Notes: generated by a model not told the origin, from the letters alone. Shown: positions 1 to 13,780, numbered from the stretch's first letter. The stretch: DNA of 64,000 bases from Octopus sinensis (GCF_006345805.1 NC_043007.1:56668001-56732000); one strand, 5' to 3'. Numbers and translations are program-made.

Positions 1-224
1 CTAAGAAAAAGTGATAGTTGTTTTTTTTTTGGGGGGGGGGGGTTCCCATTCGGCAGACACTTTCATGCAACCCTTTCCCGCCGTTTAAGGGTTGAAAATA
101 GCAATTTTTGTTTTGGTTTTGGAACAATTACAATCGTGAATCAAAAATATATAAATATGGATATGTAACTGTTAAAGATGACTTTGAAAACAACCCAAAA
201 TATGAGGGCAAGATCTTACACAGA

Positions 225-273
225 CACACACACACACACACACGCACACACAAACAGACACACACACAGAAAT

Positions 274-347
<74 letters not shown>

Positions 348-371
348 GATATAATTATACAAATTAAATAA

Positions 372-429
<58 letters not shown>

Positions 430-493
430 ACACTCACGTACATACATACACACATATATTCGTACACATACACACACGTACGGGCGCACATAC

Positions 494-528
<35 letters not shown>

Positions 529-660
529 TATTGATAAATAGCTAGACAGATAGATAAATAGATAGATTCATATATATATATATATATCAACATACATATA
601 TTCGTACACACATACGCACACAGGTACGCACGAGCACACACACACATACACACACACACA
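225..660. repeat. Compound microsatellite block (CA)n/(AGAT)n/(TA)n/(GT)n/(GA)n
   Basis: Directly visible; explains the low-complexity ORFs at 128-659. Confidence 0.95.
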
Positions 661-1171
661 TGTATATTGTGTGGTGTTTACCAAACTATCGGATGTTGTT
701 ATATACTGCCGTCAATACGCGCTTCGCATTGTTTAAGTTTTCGAATGATGCCACTCCGCTGGCTAGGCGGGCAGACAGACATTGCCCCTGAACAGAACGG
801 CAGTCCATCACAGGGTTACCATCCATTTACAGCTGAGTGAACTGAAACAGCATGAAATGAAGTGTTTTGTTCAAGACCACAACGCACTGCCGGTTTGGGA
901 GTCGAAACTACGATCTTGCGATCGCGACCGCAACAAGCTTACCACTATCCCACGCGACTTTGCACACACAAACACACGCGCGCGCGCATGTTTGTTATTT
1001 GTGTGTGTGTTATATTCTTTTTCCATTTCCTTCCTGTATTACCTGTGTGTGTAAAATCAGTTGATGTATCTTTCTAACGAACCTTTCTGCTTTGTCCAAT
1101 GATGAATGGTTCACACGGTATATACATACATATATATGTCTGTGTGTGTATGTATGAATGTATGTATGTAT

Positions 1172-1221
<50 letters not shown>

Positions 1222-1225
<4 letters not shown>

Positions 1226-1455
1226 GTATATCCATCAGAAATACCAGCGTACCAAAGAAAATGTTAAGCGTATATGTGTATGTATGATAAAGAATGTATG
1301 TGTGCATGTAGGTAAGTACTTACACGTATATATACATATTTATATATAAATACACGTACGTCATAAATCATAAATATGTTAATATATTCATATATGTATA
1401 TATATATATATATACATATATATACGCATATATCTATCTTTCTGTCTCTTTCTCA

Positions 1456-1497
<42 letters not shown>

Positions 1498-1771
1498 GTA
1501 TACACACACACACACGCACACACAAGTCAGTGTACATTCGTATTAATGCGTATAACAAATATTTTAAACCTGTTCATAACTACTTCAAAATCATAAGAGT
1601 AAATTCAATAATAATCTTTTTTATAATAATTATTATTACGAGTGTTGTATCTGCTGCTTGAGCTGCTGTTTTTCATCGTCCTCGTCATTTTATTTATTTT
1701 TGTAATGTTTTTTGGGTTTTTTTAAGTTTCGCCTTCTCTCCGTCCCCTTATCATCATCATCATCGTCGTCG

Positions 1772-1803
<32 letters not shown>

Positions 1804-1818
1804 ATCATCATCATCATT

Positions 1819-1849
<31 letters not shown>

Positions 1850-2400
1850 CCAACATCATCAATAACAACAACATTCCTCCTATTATCAATATCACATTTA
1901 TCACTCCTTCCACCTTTACCATAGTCATTATCATCATCATCATCATCGTCATCGTCATCATCATCGTCATCGTCATCATCATCGTCATCGTCATCATCAT
2001 CGTCATCGCTACTGTCAACTAACTAATATATAAGTGTTAATTCCCACGCGTTCTATCCACTTATACATCAACATCTTTGTTTATTTTTTATATTTATCTT
2101 ATTTGTTTTATCGTTATCATAATCATTTATAGCCATCATATTCCCTTCTCTTTCATACCACCTACTCCTTTACCCCTCAATCTTCAACCCCCTCCCGCAC
2201 TAACATCTCCCAACGCCCACCTCAGCATTACAAACAATATAATGAACCTCCTTCTCTCGCAGAGAAATACATACATACACACACACATACACACACATAC
2301 ATACACACTTACATATATACATGCTTATATACATATGTATATATATATCTATATGTGTGCATGTATGTGTGTATGCATGTAAGTTTGTATCTATATATAT

Positions 2401-2447
<47 letters not shown>

Positions 2448-2677
2448 GTATATCCATCAGAAATACCAGCGTACCAAAGAAAATGTTAAGCGTATATGTG
2501 TATGTATGATAAAGAATGTATGTGTGCATGTAGGTAAGTACTTACACGTATATATACATATTTATATATAAATACACGTACGTCATAAATCATAAATATG
2601 TTAATATATTCATATATGTATATATATATATATATACATATATATACGCATATATCTATCTTTCTGTCTCTTTCTCA

Positions 2678-2727
<50 letters not shown>

Positions 2728-2993
2728 ACACACACACACACGCACACACAAGTCAGTGTACATTCGTATTAATGCGTATAACAAATATTTTAACCTGTTC
2801 ATAACTACTTCAAAATCATAAGAGTAAATTCAATAATAATCTTTTTTATAATAATTATTATTACGAGTGTTGTATCTGCTGCTTGAGCTGCTGTTTTTCA
2901 TCGTCCTCGTCATTTTATTTATTTTTGTAATGTTTTTTGGGTTTTTTTAAGTTTCGCCTTCTCTCCGTCCCCTTATCATCATCATCATCGTCG

Positions 2994-3025
<32 letters not shown>

Positions 3026-3628
3026 ATCATCATCATCATTATCATCATCATCATCATCATCATCATTATCATCATCATCATCATCACCAACATCATCAAT
3101 AACAACAACATTCCTCCTATTATCAATATCACATTTATCACTCCTTCCACCTTTACCATAGTCATTATCATCATCATCATCATCGTCATCGTCATCATCA
3201 TCGTCATCGTCATCATCATCGTCATCGTCATCATCATCGTCATCGCTACTGTCAACTAACTAATATATAAGTGTTAATTCCCACGCGTTCTATCCACTTA
3301 TACATCAACATCTTTGTTTATTTTTTATATTTATCTTATTTGTTTTATCGTTATCATAATCATTTATAGCCATCATATTCCCTTCTCTTTCATACCACCT
3401 ACTCCTTTACCCCTCAATCTTCAACCCCCTCCCGCACTAACATCTCCCAACGCCCACCTCAGCATTACAAACAATATAATGAACCTCCTTCTCTCGCAGA
3501 GAAATACATACATACACACACACACATACACACACATACATACACACTTACATATATACATGCTTATATACATATGTATATATATATCTATATGTGTGCA
3601 TGTATGTGTGTATGCATGTAAGTTTGTA

Positions 3629-3660
<32 letters not shown>
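1222..3660. repeat. Tandem duplication of a ~1.22-1.24 kb microsatellite-rich segment (2 copies)
   Basis: tacgtatatccatcagaaataccagcg recurs at ~1222 and ~2445. The duplicated ORFs 1712/2937, 1722/2947 and 2077/3314 confirm it. Breakpoints lie in (TA)n. Confidence 0.92.
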
Positions 3661-3664
<4 letters not shown>

Positions 3665-4139
3665 TGTGTGTGTAAGTCTGTATGCGTGTGTATGTGTGTG
3701 GATGTGTGTGCGCATCTGTGCGAGTGTTTGTGTATGTGTATGCCGATCATAAGATCGAATGCGAGAAGGCTGAACGCAAGATGGTGGAATTTTAAAAGAT
3801 CGAAATATCAGAATCTAGAAAGTTTGAGAGACGAAAACCTCAAAATGTCCAATATCATGATATCGAAAGCTTACATCTCCAAATTTTGAAATATGTTAAG
3901 GAAAATAATAAGAAAAACGGCTTTAATCTATTTATTTAATTTATTCTTATTTAAAGAAGCCTAAATGTATATCGCAGAAATGCAATGTCGAAGACATAAG
4001 CGAAATCAGTTTTGGGTGCTAGCATATTTCCCTTTGCTTTCTATCTTTTGCAGATCTTTTGATCGTTCGGTATATTTCTCTCTCTTTAGGGGAAAATGTA
4101 AGAATTATATTCAATATTAAGAGAATTCAAAGAAAGAAA

Positions 4140-4174
<35 letters not shown>

Positions 4175-4331
4175 TATACGCACACATACACAAATATAAA
4201 TATACATACTTGAATGTATGTATGTATGTATGCATGCATGTAAACACGTATATAAATACCTGTGTATGTACACATAGATAAATACATTCATGAATATATA
4301 CACATATATATATATATATAATTTATATACG

Positions 4332-4364
<33 letters not shown>

Positions 4365-4875
4365 ACACATATATATATATGAAATATATATGTATCCTTA
4401 TATACATTCACACACACATACACACACGCGCAGTTATCAGTCACTTTTTCACTTCGACGTCATTATTATTATTAATTACCTCCTCCATAAGTACACCCTC
4501 TCCTGCAACTTTATCTTCTTAATACCTCCACCCTTTTCTTCACATCACTCACTGCTGTCACCCTGTAAACACCACTATCGCTTATCATCTATACCATCAT
4601 CAAGACCAACACTACCTCCACCCCTATCACCCTCACTATCATTTGTATCATGACTCTCCACCCCTTCCCCAACCCAAACTTTCTCCCCGGCATCCATCAC
4701 TATCACCGCCATTCTTTATTATGGATCCTCGGCGTGGTCATTCGCCATGCTAGATTTTGCGGTTAGATCGCAGTCAAATCTCATCCTTCAGTCTTGACAA
4801 AGAGAATACGTTCTAACAGTGCTTCTCAAAACAACCATCCCCACAGCAGCCGCCATTCAAAACTATTAAGGACGT

Positions 4876-5060
4876 TTCTTCTTCTTCTTCTTCTTCTTCT
4901 TCTTCTTCTTCTTCTTCTTCTTCTTCTTCTTCTTCTTCTTCTTCTTCTTCTTCTTCTTCTTCTTCTTCTTCTTCTTCTCTTCTCTTCTTATTTTTCTCTT
5001 CTTCTTCTTCTTCTTCTTCTTCTTCTTCTTCTTCTTCTTTCTCCTCCTCCTCCTCATACT
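4876..5060. repeat. (CTT)n/(CCT)n microsatellite
   Basis: Directly visible; gives the poly-E/K/L ORFs. Confidence 0.95.
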
Positions 5061-5252
5061 CCTCATACTCCTCATGCTCCTCGCTTGTCTTCATTAATGT
5101 GGAGACAATGCTGCCTTTGAATCCACTGTTCTGAGAAAGGCTCTACAAAAGCCATCAGATTTTCACAGTGAACACTCCACTTGAATAGCTGCAAATTGGC
5201 GGCTGTGGGGCAAAATATAGATGTAGAACGAATTCTAGAGGATTGGTTGAAA

Positions 5253-5410
5253 GAATTCCGCCGAGGTCGACTTTGCCATTCATCCTTTCGGGGTCGATAA
5301 ATTAAGTACCAGTTACGCACTGGGGTCGATGTAATTGACTTAATCTGTTTGTCTGTCCTTGTTTGTCCTCTCTGTGTTTAGCCCTTGTGGGTAGTAAAGA
5401 AATAGGTATT
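5253..5410 (+). mobile_element. tRNA-derived SINE (octopus-type), 5'-truncated
   Basis: aattccgccgaggtcgactttgcc...gtcgataaattaagtaccagt core shared with more than 10 other copies in the window. Confidence 0.85.
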
Positions 5411-5993
5411 TGTTTGGGATGGGGTTTATACAATATGCGTAATAAAGAGATGCGTAGTAAAAAGAAAAAGATGAGTGACTCGGCACCAGACAGATCTAAA
5501 AAGAGGTCTGTGTTGTCGCGATTCCAGATGTAGCGTGAGGAGACCCCTTAGGTATCGGCCAGTTTTGGAGTATTTTGCAGAGCAGCTTAATGCCTATGAG
5601 TCGGGTAGACTTTCGATGGATACCGTCTAGGATTTCTGTGTGCAGTGGCAGCAGAGTGTCCATTACGGTAATGTTATTTTATCGTGGGTATCACTTGAGC
5701 TTTGAAAGTAACAGCCCCGGGTTTTGTGAAGCTAATTCATTTTAAGGTAATTTACTGTATACTTGTTATGTTGTTGTTATTGCTTTCTTTCAAATTGAAA
5801 GGAAATAGGATTGCTCGTTGTTCATAGCATTTCCTAAGACCAATACAGTGAATTCAGAACGATTACGAACTGACCTGCGGAGAAACACTAGACCTGGACT
5901 GCCTGGCGAGCTGGAGTTTACCTTCTTACTCTATCTAGGGTTGATATATTGCCCTATAAGTAGTCGATTACGTTAATTTTAAGGACGAGACTC

Positions 5994-6092
<99 letters not shown>

Positions 6093-6105
6093 TATCATTA
6101 TTATT

Positions 6106-6910
6106 GAGTGAGAGAGCAGTGCATGCCATCAAAGTGACACTGGGGTAAAATATACGAAGCAAAGTATACCCATCATGACTACAAGTCTGATAAGGGTACA
6201 CCAGGCACATGCATCACAATTATATGTGTGCGACATGGTGATTTCATATCAACATAAATACTTATTTCTTTACTACCCACAAGGGGTTAAACACAGAGAG
6301 GACAAACAAGGACAGACAAACGGCTTAAGTTGATTATATCGACCCCAGTGCGTAACTGGTACTTAATTTATCGACCCCGAAAGGATGAAAGGCAAAGTCG
6401 ACTTCGGCGGAATTTGAACTCAGAATGTAACGGCAAACGAAATACCGCAAGGCATTTCGCCCGGCGTGCTAACGTTTCTGCCAGCTCGCCGCCTTTATAT
6501 CAACATAAATACCGCATGACCTTGCAGGTGCGGCCCAGTAAGAATTTTCGTCAGATCGAGTAGCCCATCCTGCTCAAAAGGTCCCTGAATAAGTGTTGTT
6601 TAAGGATGTTGAACGACACATCCATGTTTCCAGAGGTGAATTATCCAGAACCCAAAGAATTCCTTCCAATACATGGTTATGATGGTCCCCCACTACTTCT
6701 GCTCGTGATCAGAGATGCACATATCGTCAACCACTAAGGGATGTGCTCATCTGGTTAAGCTCAAGCAACTGACAAATAAATCTGTGGTATTAAGCAGAAT
6801 ATTTGCAGTAGCCCATTTTTTATACCTAGACAAAACAATATACACGATAACATTACCAATCAGTTCAGATGAGGAGCCACGAGATCCACTGCCTAGTACT
6901 GTATCAGGGC
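6106..6910. mobile_element. Unclassified interspersed repeat (family F) flanked by (ATT)n on both sides, interrupted by a SINE
   Basis: 6106-6260 and 6535-6610 match the reverse complement of 54800-55036. 6740-6910 matches 8750-8926. Confidence 0.7.
6262..6496 (-). mobile_element. Full-length tRNA-derived SINE with 16-bp target-site duplication
   Basis: Minus strand begins ggcggcgagctggcagaaacgttagc (A box) and carries gagttcaaattcc (B box). TSD atatcaacataaatac at 6246-6261 and 6497-6512. Confidence 0.9.
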
Positions 6911-7037
6911 TGTTATTATTATCATTATTACTGTTATGAAGTGGGCGAGCTAGCAGAATCATTCGCCCATCGGACAAAATGCTTGACGGCATTTCGTCTG
7001 TCTTTACTCACTATTATTATTATTATTATTATTATTA

Positions 7038-7082
<45 letters not shown>

Positions 7083-7084
7083 CA

Positions 7085-8638
7085 TATGTCTGACTTTTGC
7101 TTTGTATTTGTACAAGTTGGCTCAAAGTCTTAACCAGAGACCTCAAGAGACGAGTTAAAAGTTCATGTTGATGTTATGCCTAGGGTGTCATATATTTGGA
7201 TTTGCAAATAGTATTCTTCTCGAGATTGTTTAAGAAAGCAAGAAAATTATGAGTTTGTTTTAAAATTTGAGATAACATAGACAGTATTTTACGTAGGATA
7301 TGGGCAGTTCCCATGAGCACTATCTTTTGAATTCCTGCCATTTGGGGGTTTCCTGATATCTTAGCTAGGTAGAAAGCAGCCCCTTTTGCTATCATTCCTA
7401 GGCCACCTATGGCAACAGGTACTGTTTTAGTTTGGGGGCTCCACATTTTGCCAATTTCTATTTCAAGGTCTTTATACGTACTCAGTTTTGTAGGTCTTGA
7501 CTGACACATTTATGTCGATTGGGACAGTCATATCAATGAGGAGGCATGTTTTTTGTCTGAAGTCTTTCAATATAATGTCTGGCCTATTCGCATCTATCTT
7601 TCTGCCAGTTTGAATGGTGAAGAGGAGTAAACTGTAATTACTATTAAGCACTGGAGGTGGTTTGTGTTCCCACCATCATGGGGCAGGTCCAGGTTTTTGC
7701 ACATTACCCAGTGAATATATTGTTCTGCTCTATCAATGCCTGTTGAGATACTCTGAAGTCGCAAGAAGACTGCACACAGAGGCAACATGATCAATAGTTT
7801 CATTTCGTTCTTAACATACACGTCATGTTGGGCAGCTGCCGTTCTTTAATTTGTTGACCTGGTAGTTCCTTGTAGGTAGGCATTGTTTTTGGGCTGCTAT
7901 GATAAACCATTCTGTTTCTGATTTTAAGCCAGAAGACACTAACCGTTGACGGGTAAGGGATTTTTCAACAACGGCACTATTAGCTCTCTTTGGATATTTG
8001 CCATTGAGAGGTTTCTCTTGTCATTTATCAATAAGAATATATAAGGCAGCAGTTTTAGTACGTGTTTTCAAATGCTTAGCTATTTCTGTGCTCGTTTCCA
8101 CTTCGTCTAATTCTGGAATTTGTTGTATTTGGAATTCACTTTGATATTCCTTTATCTTTTTTTGTTACTGAGTAGGATGCTTTTTTGTTTTCATGCTTTA
8201 AGATAAGTTTTAACATCCAGTACTCAAAGTTTTTCGGGTAGGTGCTTAGGCCAATTGTGACAATTTTCAATGTTAATTCCAGTAGCAAAAAGTACGACCA
8301 CTCTCATTTCTTGGCAGGTAAAGTCGTTCTATATCTACCTTAGGGTTGTGCATTATATGCATTGTCAACAATTTTCATATTTTTCCATCGAGATTACATA
8401 TTTCAGTAATTGACCAATTAATGATAGTGAAACTGTAAGTTACAACCGGTATGGCTAAAGTATTGATCGTTTCGTATTTCTTGCAGTCAGCTCTGCCTTG
8501 AGTATTGCGCTTACTCTGCGATAACATTCTCTTCTGATCCTTTCCCACACCATTGAATGTTTGATTCCATCACCCTCAAATGCCCTTAGGTATTTGTTCT
8601 CTCCGCTGGTTCTAACTCCTTTATGACATTCTGCTGGT
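7085..8638 (-). mobile_element. Degraded R4/Dong-like non-LTR retrotransposon, 3' part (RT thumb, CCHC, restriction-like endonuclease), inside (ATT)n
   Basis: ORF 7180-7509 KLSTYKDLEIEIGKMW...VPVAIGGLG...IQKIVLMGTAHILRK is a typical RLE C-terminus. YKYLG-like motif near 8590. (ATT)n on both flanks. Confidence 0.85.
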
Positions 8639-8679
8639 TATTATTATTATTATTATTGTTGTTGTTGTTGTTGTTGTTG

Positions 8680-8727
<48 letters not shown>

Positions 8728-8749
8728 TATTAGTATTATTAAGGTAGCG

Positions 8750-8926
8750 AGGGACATGCTTGACTTATTAAGGCTAAGCAAGTGACAAACAAATATGTGG
8801 TTTTGAGCAGAATATTTGCTGTAGTCCATCTTTTATACAAAGACAAAACAATGTACATGATAACACTTCCACTCAGTTAAGATAAGTATCCATGAGAGCC
8901 ACTGTCTGGTACTGCATCAGGGCATT
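8750..8926. mobile_element. Family F fragment
   Basis: Homologous to 6740-6910; flanked by (ATT)n/(GTT)n. Confidence 0.65.
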
Positions 8927-9267
8927 TATTGTTGTTGTTGTTGTTGTTCTTGCTGTTGTCGTTGATGTTGTTGTTGTTATTATTATTATTATTATCATCA
9001 TCATCATTATTATTATTAGGGCAATAAGCTCGCAGAATCGTTCTGAGTTCAAATGCCACCGAGGTTGACTTCACCAGTCATCGTTTCGGAGTCGATAAAA
9101 TGGGTACCAGCTGAGCACTGGGGTCGATGTAATCAACTTTGCCCCTACCTCGAAATTATGCCAAAATTTGATGTCACTGTTGTTGTTATAGTAGTTGTAA
9201 TGTGTTGGGCACATACATACATGCACACATACATACATACATACAGGCATGGACATACTCTTTCTTT

Positions 9268-9306
<39 letters not shown>

Positions 9307-9539
9307 TCCATCTAAAACTTTCACTGAGCGTTAATCTAATATATTCACTCTGTACGTCTGACCTTATCTTTCCTGTTTTTCCTTTTTTTTTTTACTTTTG
9401 GTTTGCTTACAGACATGTGTGTATACACCACATATATACACATTTATATATCAACACGCATACATACATGCACACACACGCACTTACACACACTCACACA
9501 CAAAATGCATTTCAAGATATATTTGATTAGCTAATAAAT

Positions 9540-10690
9540 AACTCTAATGTAACTAAAACTGTATTTTAATGAATATGTTCTCAATAAACTTTCTTATACG
9601 TTTACTCTATGAATTCGCCTTCTGCTTCGATATCTGCTTCAATGCAGAACCGGGACCGTTAACTGCTTGCACTAAAAGGTCCATATGCATTTCGGACGTT
9701 ACGAGGACAAAGTTATGGTATTGTAAAGATGCTGACTCCCTTTCGACGACGTTCCGAACGTAATAGTCCCTGGGATTTAATAACAGTGAGTTTGGAGGCC
9801 ACAAGTTTGGTGTTACAGGATCATAGCGAATATACGACATCCATTCTTGAGATTACGTGAGGTTTGAGACAAGGTGTTGATTTTCGTTGAAGCACGTATG
9901 GCTTTCCACTGCATACTTCATTTATCCCAGGCTTAACAACTGTCTCCAGTATCACAGCGCATTCAGCAACATTAATTCTAAAACTCTGTGGAAACATGCG
10001 AGGTAGCATGATATGACCTTAATTACTCACTGCTCCTAAAACCACTATAGTTGTTGAAAACTTAGTGTGCATCACTCTGAAGATATCGGTAATATTTGCA
10101 CAAACCATCTGTTATTTTCCGTTAGAATTTTCATCGAAGTTTTTCTTATCATGCCATGTTCATAAGCGTTTTTAACCTTATTAATTAACCGCTGGCACAG
10201 ATCAAACAGTTTTCCTCTATTTTTCAAACATAAATTGGCCTTTTCACAGTACATTTGACTTTTATCGAAGCTCTTCGTGCACCACAGTTCTAACAGTCCA
10301 CTTCGACACCTGAAATTCTTTGTCGATGGCCGATATCGTTTTCCCGGAATCATCGTTGATAATATTTTGAACCCGTTAGATGAAAAAATGCAGTGTCCTT
10401 ATGATGTCTAGAACGTCTAGAATGTTTTTGCTTTTTTTTCTTGATTGATAAGGTTGAACCCTTTCCACCAGAGGTTTCCAGTTCTATCCGAACTTGCTCT
10501 ACAAAAGATCTTTCAAAATTTAGAAAATAATTCTAAATCTTTGTGTTTCGCACATATGACATGTCTTCATTTCTTGTATTAGCATTTTATCTACCACGAA
10601 CGATCTGAATGAAAAATGAAACCATTTAATTGGTTTGAAGAGAGTAATATACTGATAACAAAGTGTCCTCAAATAACCCCTACAGCTCAT
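9540..10690 (-). pseudogene. Tc1/mariner (maT/DD37D-like) transposase relic
   Basis: Fragments FPQSFRINVAECAVILETVVKP and YDPVTPNLWPPNSLLLNPRDYYV (WPPNSPDLNPLDY motif), with frameshifts. Confidence 0.8.
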
Positions 10691-10726
<36 letters not shown>

Positions 10727-11819
10727 ATAATATTAGGGAGTGAATCCAAACTTACAGGGAAAAATTAGATTTAGGATTAAATCAAATTTCACAGTATAAA
10801 TATAAATTAAATTAGAGATAAAACCACTATTAGGCAAATCAAACAGTGAAAAACATAAACCAAAACCTAAAAATAAATATAATTAATATAATATACAAAA
10901 TATATAAAATATAAAATTTTAAATTAAATTACTTAAATTTAAAATTTTTAATTTATATATATATATATATATTCATCAGAGATGGTTCCATCACAGATTT
11001 CGCATAAGGCACATGCCTGTCCGAGACTTCACATTTTTCCGCTATATTTCTAGCCTCAAATTGCTTTTTTTTTTTTATATGTAGTCCTTTTCCATTTCTA
11101 AGTTAAGGGTAAAAATAAAGCAACCCTGAGAAACACAGCTGATCTTTATACACAGACGCACAGAATAACAACAATCAAATAAAGACAGCGGAGTGCGCAC
11201 AAATATCAGTGATCTGACTGTCGCCTTGATAAGAGATACCAGTTAGTCTTTTACACCCACTAAGCTCGTTCGTATTAGCCCGAATTGCTGGATAATTTTT
11301 CGTTCCTTTAAGAATACTGTAGAGAGAAAACTTTCCATGGATTGCAATTTAAATCCTAATCTCTATAGCAATTTATTGGTTCAAGAAAACACTGGATTTG
11401 AATTACTTTTAAGTTTTGCGATAATAGATAACAACTCGAGCTGTAACTTCTGAGCCCGAGTCAGGCGCGTGGGATTGATGTCACTACAAATGATATTTTT
11501 GAGGCAGAACTGCCAGACGCTGAACGAAAATAAATGAACTACGACCAGTTATCGAGTTATTGGCTGCAATTACATACTTGAAGTCAGTGTTGGCAGAAAT
11601 TAAATCAGCTTGCAAATATACGTTCATTTTACTAAATTTATGCTCGGGCTAGATCCAAACAGCCCGAGTGCCGGAGTCGCCACTGATGATGAGGGATCAG
11701 TTTCTGACTGAAGAATGAAGGCTTTGAATGACCCATTTGTCTTTTTGTTCGTCCCTTCGTGTATTTCACGTATTTATTTATGTAAAGGTTTATTAATCTA
11801 TATATATATATATAATATG

Positions 11820-11861
<42 letters not shown>

Positions 11862-12041
11862 TAAGCAATAAGGGTTTAGCAACGAGTTGCCTTACCACAT
11901 ACCGAATTTAGAAATAGCAGTCAAAGGGTTATAGCTATTTCTTCTACTAAAAAGGAGATCTCAGTAAAAACAGCATTGGAAGGCAGGACACAAACAGGTA
12001 AGAGAGAATGAATTGACTGCATTTATCATACATTTTTTTAG

Positions 12042-12150
12042 TTATCCACGGACGTACGTTTCGAAATCAAGTTTTTAGGAAAGCATAAGAATTAAATATT
12101 AAATATTAAATATTCTATTTACCGAAACTTCTTTCTCTTCGCGTAGAATA
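12042..12150 (-). ncRNA. Type I hammerhead, extended helix II, core with a 1-nt deletion (CGAAGA)
   Basis: Same fold as 12641-12754, but the plus strand reads tcttcg instead of tcttcag (U4 lost; real or a consensus error). Confidence 0.6.
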
Positions 12151-12640
12151 CTATAATCATAAATGATTATATATTGAATTTTGAGATACCAGAAGGCACC
12201 AACTCAACTCAGTATCAGAGCGAGCTAGAATCCGCAACCTGGTATCACCGAATTCAATTTGTGAATGAAACGATTGTGTTCCAACAGCCCCTTCCCACCC
12301 GCGTGTAGCCAAAACAGATGCTGTGGTCCATCTACTGAGATAAAATATGGTATCCGTAATAATGAAGGGTGAAATAATTAATTTGGAAAAAATTTCAATT
12401 ACACCAAGTAGTCTTCGGCATGTAAAAGCCTCATTCGAGGAAAATTAAGTAATACTAAGCAATAAGGTTTTAGCAACGAGTTGCCTTACCACATACCGAA
12501 TTTAGAAATAGCAGTCAAAGGGTTTTATAGCTATTTTTCTACTCTAAAAAGGGAGATCTCAGTAAAAACAGCATTTGGAAGGCAGACACAAACAGGTAAG
12601 AGAGAATGAATTGACTGCAATCTATCATACATTTTTTTAG

Positions 12641-12754
12641 TTATCCACGGACGTACGTTTCGAAATCAAGTTTTTAGGAAAGCATAAGAATTAAATATTA
12701 AATATTAAATAATTCTATCTTACCGAAACTTCTTTTCTCTTCAGCGTAGAATAA
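12641..12754 (-). ncRNA. Type I hammerhead ribozyme with ~75-nt extended helix II
   Basis: Minus: ttattctacg-CTGAAGA-gaaa...tttc-GAAAC-GTAC-GTC^cgtggataa. Helix II pairs gaaa/tttc, aagttt/aaactt and agaatt/aattct. Confidence 0.8.
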
Positions 12755-13735
12755 TATAATCATAAATGATTATATATTGAATTTTGAGATACCAGAAGGC
12801 ACCAACTCAACTCAGTATCAGGCGAGCTAGAATCCGCAACTGGTATCACCGAATTCAATTTGTGAATGAAACGATTGTGTCAACAGCCCCTTCCCACCCG
12901 CGTGTAGCCAAAACAAGATGCTGTGGTCATCTACTGAGATAAAATATGGTATCCGTAATAATGAAGGGTGAAATTAATTAATTTGGAAAAATTATCAATT
13001 ACAACAAGTAGTCTTCGGCATGTAAAAGCCTCATTCGAGGAAAATTTAAGTAATACTAAGCAATAAGGGTTTAGCAACGAGTTGCCTTACCACATACCGA
13101 ATTTAGAAATAGCAGTCAAAGGGTTATAGCTATTTCTTCTACTAAAAAGGGAGATCTCAGTAAAAACAGCATTTGGAAGGCAGACACAAACAGGTAAGAG
13201 AGAATGAATTGACTGCAATCTATCATACATTTTTTAGTAGAAGAAATAGCTTTTTAGTAGAAGAAATAGCTATAACCCTTTGACTGCTATTTCTAAATTC
13301 GGTATGTGGTAAGGCAACTCGTTGCTAAACCCTTATTGCTTAGTATTACTTAAATTTTCCTCGAATGAGGCTTTTACATGCCGAAGACTACTTGGTGTAA
13401 TTGATAATTTTTCCAAATTAATTAATTTCACCCTTCATTATTACGGATATATATATATATATATATATTAAGGTATGTAGAAAAATACAACATGGACAAG
13501 AACGTATAACTCTTAGAAGACGATACAATAAACATGGACAGGACATTCGAACCCCTCAGTCTTCAGTCAAGAACCGGATCATCGTAGTAATTTCGGCTGA
13601 TTAATCTTGAGATTACTAGATCACGGCCAGCCCTCCAAGAAAAACTAAGCAACGAGCATTAGAAAAACTAAGCTAAATATATATATACAAACACATGTAA
13701 GTATGTATATATGTATATATATACATACATGTATG

Positions 13736-13780
<45 letters not shown>

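Larger units (their letters stand above)
11859..13448 (-). mobile_element. Tandem array of a ~595-bp hammerhead-containing unit (2.3 copies) plus an inverted terminal segment; Penelope-like pLTR or retrozyme-type element
   Basis: Units start tactaagcaataag at 11859, 12453 and 13054. 13251-13448 is an inverted copy. (TA)n on both flanks. Confidence 0.85.

Noticed and set aside
10975-11020. Minus-strand CTGATGA with upstream GAAA as a type II/III hammerhead
   Set aside because: No NUH triplet or valid helix I can be formed, and the motif is cut off by (TA)n.
13530-13580. Minus-strand CTGAAGA...CGAAT as a hammerhead
   Set aside because: GAAA is broken, helix II does not pair and no helix I partner was found.
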